From NCBI GenBank assembly GCA_964016885.1, contig OZ024743.1:217372001-217436000 (forward strand): 64,000 nucleotides of DNA, in the 5' to 3' direction. Shown here in pieces: positions 54,394-64,000 of the stretch. The position numbers were made by a program, and so were the translations under genes. Source of the DNA: Eledone cirrhosa (Eukaryota). The notes under the pieces are model-generated. The model was given only the letters and a program-made list of their open reading frames with translations, was not told the origin of the DNA and made no database searches. Numbering within the stretch: the first letter of the stretch is position 1; every line of letters starts with the position of its first letter.

Positions 54394-56205
54394 TTGATAC
54401 TTGCAGACATATACATACCTATATATGGTTGTATAATATGTCACATACCAATGTATATATGCATGTATATATATGCGTGTGTGCATATTTGTACGATCAG
54501 AATAATTTATACACAAACATCTATATACGTTTCGTAATCCTAAACTGTACAAGTATACGTATTATATAAAATGCGTTTCAACTAATTCAATACACACATT
54601 TATACATACATACACATATGCATATACCGTCGACTATTTAAGAAAATAACAATAATAAAATATATTATGTGCAAATTAATACAAAACAACAAAAATGAAA
54701 GAAAATATTCTTGGCACGAATCATGGTTTTTATGTGTAAAAAACATACACGAAATGAAATGACTGAAATATGATAGTAATAATGGATTATATTTAAATCT
54801 GTCATATCTTCGGAGTAAAGAACAACATCTCCAACAAGTACAGAAAATGATTAACATATTCACAAAATTAGAATGTACGTATTGAGAAGGCATATTTATC
54901 TTTCTCCACAGATGTGATATACAGAAATACTTGAACAAAAGAAAATTATTTAAAAACTTCAAAATAAAATAAGTGGATCTTACACATACAATTATAATAC
55001 ATGAAATAAATAATGATTACTGAAATAGACAAAATGTAATGAATCAAATATATATATATTAAAAAAAAGGTTTACACAATGAAGTCAAACAAATTATCAT
55101 TCGTTTGTTTCAATTCCTTTATTAAAAATTATTCAGCCATTGAGAGATATGACTGTAGTCACGTTCACGAACTATCAGTCCTGTTTCCCAATTTTGTCTC
55201 AGTTCAAATCACACAGAAGCTGACTTTTGTCTTTCATCCCATCCAGGGTTCAATAATATGAATACCGGTAACATACTGGTGTCGATGCTATCGACTGTAA
55301 CCCTTCCCTAATAAAAATTGGTTTTGTGTCCAGTCAAAATAATTTATGTTTATTATTTTTGTTGTGAACATTATATTGCAACAGGAATTTTGTTTTTTCC
55401 TCCAATTAGGTACATCCATGAACATGTTCCAGAATAACAGAGATTTTTGAGGTCAAAAGTGTTAAATTTGCTGTGGTAATATTTTAATATATACAGACAT
55501 CAGTATTGTGTTCTATAACCCACCTGTATTACTTCCTAGGGGTAATCGCTCAACCTTTTATTTGATTTTGTAGAAGAATTTGTGTAAATTAGATATAGAT
55601 GGTAGGCACAATGTTGAACTGCAAAAATGTTTTCTTTATTTTTATGATATATAAACAAAATAAAAAAGATTTTCTTACATCTTCAGCTAATTCTATGAAA
55701 TTAGATTCATTTGATAATGTTACGATGAGGATTACATCAAATGAGTAAAAGTCCTATTCGACGAGGTAAAGAGAACTATTTGTTTTTACCCGCCACTAAA
55801 CATCTATAGAATGCCAAGAAGGAGTTTCCATTGATTGCACTGCTCGATTGCCTGAGAACCATAAGCGCCTGAAGACATTCTTCCCTCCAAGCGCCCCCCT
55901 TCGTTCTTTCTTTGACCGAAGACTGTAGCCCTAACAAGGAGACGCTCTGAGCTCAACTTTGCAATAACGGTTTGTATGTTAGGCACAAGGCCAACAATTT
56001 TGAGTATAGAGGAATCAAGTATATCTTACGCACTACTTCAGTGATATTTTGACCCCAAACGACAAAACTGAAATTAGCGGAATGTAACCTCAAAGCGCAG
56101 ATTAAGGGATCGAATACTGTGAAACATTCTAATAGACGCTCTAATGACTGGCTCTTTACATTCTGAGAACAAATCACACTGAGATCAGTTTGCCTTTCCC
56201 ACTCA

Positions 56206-56762
56206 GGGGTCGGCATGCTTTGAAGCATAGAGTTACCTCCCTTTATGATCTGAGTTCAAATCCCTCCGAGATTAACTTTGCTTTTCATCCTTACGGAGTC
56301 GATAACATAAAGTACCAGTAATGCACTGAGTAATTGCTGGCCTCGTGCCAAAAGCAGAAACAATTATTATGGTGGATTGGCGGTGAATTGGCAGTATCGG
56401 TAGAGGGTGGGACAGCATGATTTGACGCATAAAGTTACGGCCCTTGTCATTCTGAGTTCAAATCCCGCCGAGTTTAACTTTGCCTTTAATCCTTACGGGG
56501 TCGATAAAATAAAGTACTAGTAATGTACTGGGTAATTGCTGGCTTTGTGCCAAAAGTACAAACAATTATTATGCGGATTGGCAGTATGGGTAGAGGGCCG
56601 GATGCTGTGCTTTGCAGCATAGAGTTATGACCCATTACGGTTTGAGTTCAAGTCCCGCCGAGGTTAACTGTGCCTTTTACCGCTATAGCGTCGATAATGT
56701 AAAGTACCAGTAATGCACTGAAATAATTGCTGACCTTGTGCCAAACGTAAAAACACTTATTA
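56206..56762 (+). mobile_element. Three tandem SINE family A copies
   Basis: 56206-56370, 56371-56570 and 56572-56762, head to tail, each ending in ACAATTATT-like tails. Confidence 0.9.
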
Positions 56763-59460
56763 TATGCAGTGAGTAGATGTTTAGGTTTCCTATCTTGATC
56801 TTCAGTTCATATTGCTTATAATTTACTTAATTAAAACAAACCAGGGAGATTATGAGGGGAGATTCACCAACTACTTTTTCAGAAGTTTAATAGTATTCCA
56901 CTTCATATTTACTTTTATCTCACCAACATCATTTTCGCCTGAGCCCGCATTGAGTCAAAGTACTTTCGCATATAAATACAAGTCGTGCATAGGTTGTTGC
57001 TCTGGCTTTCATCGTATTCACTTCATATTATGAACGTTTTCTGGTTATTTCATCAATACATCTATCGGCAGTGGATCTGTCTGTCCGTTTGGTAAAGTCA
57101 TATTGTAGGTCTCTTTAAATATTCAAACTATTGAAGAGTACATATATCAGAGATGTATGTATTATTAGTACACAATTTTGAAGTCTTAGGATTGCTGGCG
57201 ATTTTCGTATCTAGGATGCTCTCACCGCTAATTGCCACATGGGTGTGGACTTTGGTTTCTCCTTGTTAATTTACTAAATGCCATTTCTATAAATTCATAA
57301 GCTAAAAATCGTAAGCGAATCGAGATTCTTTTAGTTTGTAGTCTTTTTCATTGATTAGATTGTACTGAATAGATCTTGGATATTATCATCTTTTTATTTC
57401 CTCTTCAATTGCCTGTATTCATTATACAATTTCATAGTGTAATTTATTATTGGACTTGTATAACTCTAGTTTGCTTTATTTAAGTATTAGCATAGGATCT
57501 TTTCTCCGAAAATAACTTATCTAGTAAGCTTTTGCCAGTATCACTTACTTTCGCTTTCTTTACACTTCCCGATTTTTATCGTTTACTTTTTTATATATTT
57601 GTCTTATATTAAATATTTCTTGCATTCTTTTTTAATCATCCCATCAATTTTCTATTTGCCAGAGTAAAGATATATATTTACCTTTTTCAATATTCGTATT
57701 TTCTTTCGACTGATTTGGTTGAAATTTGTCCGTGGATAACTTTCTGAATCGGGTGTCGAATCCACGTTTATTTACCACCGCCATATCTACTGAAGATTTT
57801 GAGGATTCTAAGATCTCAGTTATTTTGTTTGCGTTAATTCTCTGTGAATGAGATTTTTTAAATGTATTCCAGTGTTGAACATGTCGTCTAATAAAGATAC
57901 AATACATCCAGATGATTTTTGTTGTCAAATTGTAAGACTGTTAGTTGTGATATAAGGAGGATTAAGATGATATTATTAGCAGTAAGAGTGATTCCATGGA
58001 TGTTCATCAGTTTGTTTAGTTGTATTTGTAGTCATTATTTCTCAGAGATCTGTGATGATTCTCAGTTTTGCATATGATTCTGTTAATCTGTTGCAATTCA
58101 TTTTGGCATATAGACAATTATTCACTTCTGTACATTGCTACCGCTATATCTTTCTCATTTTAAATCTGTTTATAGAATTATGATGTTTTATACTTCCAAA
58201 TTTTTAATGTGTAGAGTTAGTGTAAATAATATTTTGTCTGACTAAATTCCATTCTTTAATTCTATGGAAGTAATGTGCGATCAACTTACAAATACATTTT
58301 TTTCGTGTTTGTTTTTTGTCTGTTGTGATGATTTGCCCGTCTTTTTGTGCAGCCAAATTCGGTTGAGTTACCGTTTTGTGATATGAACACTTATGTCTTT
58401 TGTATGCGGGGTTATGTGGTGCTGCTTTCATTGATTTCTCAAAATCTATCAATTTTGAATGTCATCGGTTCTTTTGTTTTATTACTAGTGTATATATGAG
58501 TTATTCAATTTCTTTGCCTGCTTTGCCTTTATATTTTTTTATGAATTTTCATAGATTCCCCAAACGACTTTAAGATTACATGCTGTCTTAAATCATGGTT
58601 TTTTTATTGCGTAATCATGACAAGGAAGACATGAAATAAATATTCATCGCACTTAATGGAATGCAGAATAGCTTTGCTATCGATTTGGTTTGTGATTGCT
58701 GCTCTGGGATTCGATCATGCTATTGGATTACTTTTATTTTCTCGTAGAGAAAATGTTCATCATTCATATTATCATTGATGTAGACTGCCTCTGTTATCAT
58801 ACTCACCAGGGTTCTCTTATTTTCAAAATATCCCCTAGTTAACGGCAGTGGAAATTGTGAAAGCGTCGGTAATACTAGGTCATTTGTGTAGTGAGTTCGA
58901 CAGTCATTAGTGTCTGAATCAGCATTTACCCTTTTCAACAATGTCAGTGGTTTGGAGACGGGAAACCTGCATGCATACATGAATGATATTCTTCCACAAA
59001 TCATCTTGCCTCTGGCTTCACTCTTTCCAGTTGCAAGCCAATGATCAGACAAGCCATGGGTTACTATTATGTGTTCAGGATTTTTATTTTTTACATTTGT
59101 AGTTTCGGTGCACCATCAAGCGCAGTAGTGTGTTCCTTGAGTATGTGCAGTATTGTTTTCGCTTTATATATAAATATAAGTAATATAAATCATATGTATT
59201 AATGCTAATATTTCCATGTACAATTACTGGTATTGGTCCTGACTTAGTGAGCAACGTCTTAAATTATTCCCAAAACAACTATTATTATGGTTTATCTGTG
59301 CTTCACTATTTCGTTTATAGATACATTATCTTCTATTGAGAAAGAATAGGTGACATTATGTTTATTCTTAACAACAATATCTGAAGGATTAGAATTCTTC
59401 TCACTATCTTTATTAAAATAGCATGTAACAGAATATGGTTTATCACACACACACACACAA

Positions 59461-59760
59461 ACAGACATCTTCAGTTTTATATATATAGACTAGCAGAAAA
59501 CCACCCGTGGGCGGTTTTCTGCTAGTCTATATATCTAAAACAGAGAATGTCTGTCTGTCTGTCAGCTCACTAAAACTTAAGAACCATCCAACCGATTGTT
59601 TTCAAACTTTAGACATGTAATACTTATGGTCCTGTGAGTGTTTTGAGCAAGAAATATTTCAAATTGTCAATGCCCTAGGGACCGCATTAGGCGGCGATTT
59701 AGCGGTCTCTCTATATAATTCTTAGTCTTTCTTTTTAGATAGATACATAGATATAACGTT
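59461..59760. mobile_element. Non-autonomous Helitron-like ends in a palindromic junction
   Basis: GC hairpin + CTAG (3' end) directly followed by TCTATATAT...AAAA...(GTCT)n (5' end), mirrored on the minus strand; palindrome 59461-59554. Confidence 0.55.
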
Positions 59761-60019
59761 GCGCCCTTATAATATCTGTCTGTATGTCTGGCTGTCTGCA
59801 TTACGTCATTATGACGCGCTCAGTGTGTGTGTGTATATATATAGGTATCGTAATGCAGACAGCAAGACATAGCTTTCCTTCCCATCTTCCAGCGTCTCTC
59901 TCTCTCTCCCGCTATCCCCCTCTTGTAGTCTGTCTATTTCTTTCACTCTCACTCTCTCTCTACGCGTCGGACAGACAGACAGAGAAATTGCTGGTTATAT
60001 ATTATAAGGATATAACATT

Positions 60020-60900
60020 CATCGTATGAGAGCACCCACTTGTGTGTGGATGTACATGAATTTTCGGTGGCCACAGAAATTGTAGATTTTTTTGTTTTTT
60101 CTACAATTCACATATTCTGCACTTATGTAATACATTCTATATAGCTGGTGGTGCTATTAAGTTAGACATGGCCTGGACCAATACTGTCCGAAACCTATCA
60201 GAGTTATATTAATAGATACATTTAATATGTAGTTAGGTATTCTTTAAATCTGTGCCGCAATCAAGAATCATTTCATTCAATATTTGAATCATCTGCTCCT
60301 CAGTTAGTGCTTCGATCGGTTTATCATTTCCGTCCGTTTTTTTTATTTTCAGGTATTAGATCCAATCGTTTAAGCATGGCATTCATTCCATGGCCAGGCA
60401 TTTAGCATATGTTATCGATTTTTACGGTTTCCCTTGTTGCATCCTCTATAATCTAACAACTGTGTGATACTTCAACTTTTTTTTCGCACTTGCTGTTTGT
60501 TTTTGGTTTTTGCTTTTTTCAATATAGAAATCAATTATTAATCACTAATTAATTTATACTCCTCTCCTCATTATCAAAACAGTTACATCCCTGTATTTAT
60601 AGTAAATATAAACACCCGATTTCACATACTAAGTGGCGTATTCTACATGCAGTTATTCCGTTTCAATTGGTTTCTTTCTGTCTCATTTTCCTAATTTGTT
60701 TTGTATCCATTTAAAGAATATTGCAACTGTATTATATTATTAGATCAGCTACAGTATTGGTGCCTATTACCTTATCATCCCTGTTTAGCTCGATGTAAAC
60801 TATTTATCTAAGGCATATATAATATTGCTTCCAAAACGTTATTTCATTTGTTGTACTCTGTCTTGTTCAGTGACTCCTAAACATTTCTTTGTGTTTTGTC
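60020..60900 (-). pseudogene. Highly decayed R4/Dong-like non-LTR retrotransposon (post-RT region, Zn knuckle)
   Basis: In minus-strand order: MDTKQIRK (60710), EIGCLYL, LIAAQ (60264), KCRIC (60124) and SGC (60040), resembling DTKTRK..RLYL..IAAQD..CR.C..H.SGC. Many stops and frameshifts. Confidence 0.4.
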
Positions 60901-62440
60901 AAATTTTTTATCTCATGATAATAAGTCTCCCTTTTTAAGTTTGCTCTGATACTTTCATTGTTGAATACCATGATTGTGCTTTATGTAATGAGAGCAGACT
61001 AGAAGCATCCCTGTTGTCTGGGCTGGCACGATGTGACGTAACTGAATAAGGGTCCAATAAGTAGAGACGTGATAAAAAAAGACCCAAAGGCATAAGAAAT
61101 CTGCTAAAAAACAAAGCTGAGACTTGTGAAAACGTTATCACCTACAGGCTGAGACTTTTAGTCGATAATATATTCTGAAGCCAGCAAGTATATTGGTACC
61201 TAAGCAAATCTATCTACAGCCTCGTGCTATGTGATGATCATTTATATGCGTGTGCAAATGTCATCAGCCGCTATTCATAAATACAATCCGTTCTCAGGGA
61301 TGGTAAGCAAACCTTGTGCTATTTTAACATTGACGTTTACCGCAAAACAAAAAAAATAACTGATGGAAGACATAAGAGAAAATGTAACATTTCAGGTAAA
61401 ATTCAGTGCACACGGGTACCAAAATGAGCACCGACCACGTACAGCATGCAAAGAGGTTAATCCAAATAGATACCAATGTATAAGTATGTGGAAAACTTTA
61501 CGTAAAACTTCTGATTCTCTTGCCCACCCGGGTGCCGCCCAATATTGCTCATTGGCACATTTATAGCAAGCAAAATTGGGCAATAAAAGTAGAGAAAATT
61601 TGTGGCAGAGTAAAGTGATTAATATATTCTTAATATGAATATGCTGGTAGTTTCTGATGCCTGTGTGCGTGGTTTGTATTAATTGCTTTTATATTTTGTA
61701 CTATTTAGATAATTCATACCTTATTATGTGTTCAGAATTTAGGTAATTAGTATGTTGATGTAAAAATGACGAACATAAACCGTTTTTAATTAAAGGAAAT
61801 TGACTTATTATATGTAAGAGATTGGAAATTCTTAGTCTATTTGTTAACAGCTCTAAAGAAATTGGTAGATAACTTTAAGAAAAAAATTATTGATTTACCA
61901 GAAAGTTTAATGTTAATGTTTTGTTCATGCGTGTAGGAGAATACTCTGATAGTTGTTAATGGGCAAAGTGGCAACTACAGACAAACTTTATTCTTATTTG
62001 ACTTCATCAGCGGGATATAATTTTCTGATGTCTGGTTTCCACAATTGTTGATAGTTTTCATTGTTAGTCAGTAATACCTGCATAATTGCATAACGTGATC
62101 AAAGAGGCGTGAAATTCAAGTAATTAACTGGAGTGGATTTAAATCATCGCAAGACATATTTAATGAATTCAAATTTGGGTTTTATGTAGAGAATGAAAAA
62201 CAAATGCTTAACAGCAATTGATGGCGACTTTCAGAGAATGAAAAATTAAATCCAAAGAAAACTGAATTTCGAATTTGAAGAAAATATTTAATTTTATATA
62301 CCAAGAAGTGGTTCACATATGTTAGTGGCTGCAAATTACGTTAAGGAAATCAAATATATGTATATTGTAATTTGTTAATTTCCTAATTTACAAAGCTACT
62401 GTCATTTCAATAACTAATCAATATTAGGGTCCTTTATGGG

Positions 62441-62550
62441 TTCAAATACCGCCGAGGTTAACTTTGCTTTTCACCCTTACGGGGTCGATAAAATAAAGTA
62501 CCAGTAATGCACTGGAATAATTGCTGGCCTTGTGCCAAAAGTAGAAATAA
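62441..62550 (+). mobile_element. 5'-truncated SINE family A
   Basis: Runs from the B-box to the tail. Confidence 0.85.
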
Positions 62551-62585
62551 TTAATATTAATAAATAAAAGTATGTACTTATAATG

Positions 62586-62635
<50 letters not shown>

Positions 62636-62719
62636 TGTGTGTGTGTGTATATATATATGTATATATATATATATATATGTATATATATGTATATATATAT
62701 ATATGTTTGTATATATATG

Positions 62720-62784
<65 letters not shown>

Positions 62785-63037
62785 TCGTTTCTTCTGGCAA
62801 TTAATTTGAAGAAACAGACATTCATTCATTAAGTGAAATAATTAAAATTTCACAGGTCACAGGTCGATATTTCAATGTGAAGATGCGGTGCTAACCAAAG
62901 TAATTCATACAACCTTGTGGACGTCAGTCAACGTGGCTGATGTGGGGTGTCAATTGATATTAATTTGCAGCTATTAAACGGTATCTAAATATTTGACTAT
63001 CATTTTCATTTGCACCGATCCCTTTATCGATTCTACA

Positions 63038-63190
63038 GATGAGTAAATATAGAAATTCGAGTCACTCTAACTGATAGAATCACCAAGCAAACTTTGAAAT
63101 CATAGCTTTCTGTTTAGATGAATAAATATAGAAATTACTTCGAGTCTCTACACCTGATAGAATCACCAAATAAAACTTGAAATCAAAGCC
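63038..63190. repeat. Two imperfect ~79-bp tandem repeats
   Basis: GATGA.TAAATATAGAAATT...CTGATAGAATCACCAA...TTGAAATCA.AGC occurs twice. Confidence 0.75.
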
Positions 63191-63657
63191 TGAAATAAAA
63201 GCAGAATGAATGAGATATTGGATAAAGCACTGTAGCTTTTGAAAATATCGATAGAAAGAACACAGTTGAAACATTGGTAGCCACATGTCTGCTAATTCAG
63301 GGCCGGGGCGTGACTAAACGTCAACAAAACGAGTCATTCTACAGATTAGGCAATTTACCTGAATCGAGTTTTATAATTGGATTGCACATCCTCTGCGTCG
63401 CTGGACTGTGGGTATGACGGAGTGAATCGATCACAGCAACTGTGGTATATTGCTAAAATCTTAATAATACTTTACTCATTGATCTTCGATTTTTATACGC
63501 CAAACGACGAAAATTAAAACTTTTCTCACTAACCTAACTAGTCTAGCTCCAACAACACTTGCGTCAAAAAGAATACATGGAACACACCACTGCTGAATAC
63601 TGTACATCGGTGCTACTGTTCGCTGTATTTACTGTCTGAGCTAGACGTCTTTCTATA

Positions 63658-63771
<114 letters not shown>

Positions 63772-64000
63772 ATGTTTATAGTTACATAGCTAACTATGAT
63801 GAATATGATCATTGACATTCAACAAAATTATATTACTGTCATTTGCCTTCTTTCATATTTCCATTAGTTTGTCCTTCATTCTCTTCACACATTTTGATTT
63901 CTTCCCTTTTTCCCATCACGTATTAATGAATTTTCTATATTTGCTAACGGCCCTGATCGTAGATGTGTATAGAGTATTTTGCTTGTTAATTAATCTTACT

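Noticed and set aside
56940-59100. Possible decayed LINE RT on minus strand (IEMAFSKL..SPHPCG resembles the K.PG.DG region)
   Set aside because: Only one loose motif amid many stops; needs tBLASTn/HMM confirmation.

Overview
AT-rich, microsatellite-saturated animal genomic DNA. The (TA)n, (CA)n, (GTA)n, (ATT)n and (CATA)n tracts and the SINE repertoire suggest an octopus/cephalopod, which is an inference. Almost all ORFs in the supplied track are microsatellite artefacts. The one convincing host coding sequence is a large terminal exon (46241-47482, +) encoding a disordered Tyr-motif/polyproline-rich tail; its upstream exons were not identified. The rest is transposon-derived: about 20 copies or fragments of a tRNA-derived SINE, a CORE-like SINE, a ~600 bp RTE-like non-autonomous element, MITEs, a Helitron junction and a decayed R4/Dong-like LINE. 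Most striking is a dense, diverse set of Penelope-like elements (PLEs) and their non-coding derivatives. These sit in (TA)n tracts, form fold-back, inverted or partial-tandem structures, and carry hammerhead-ribozyme (HHR)-like motifs near their tails. About 20 motifs were found by eye, a few with an intact catalytic core and most degenerate. All folds and alignments were done manually.
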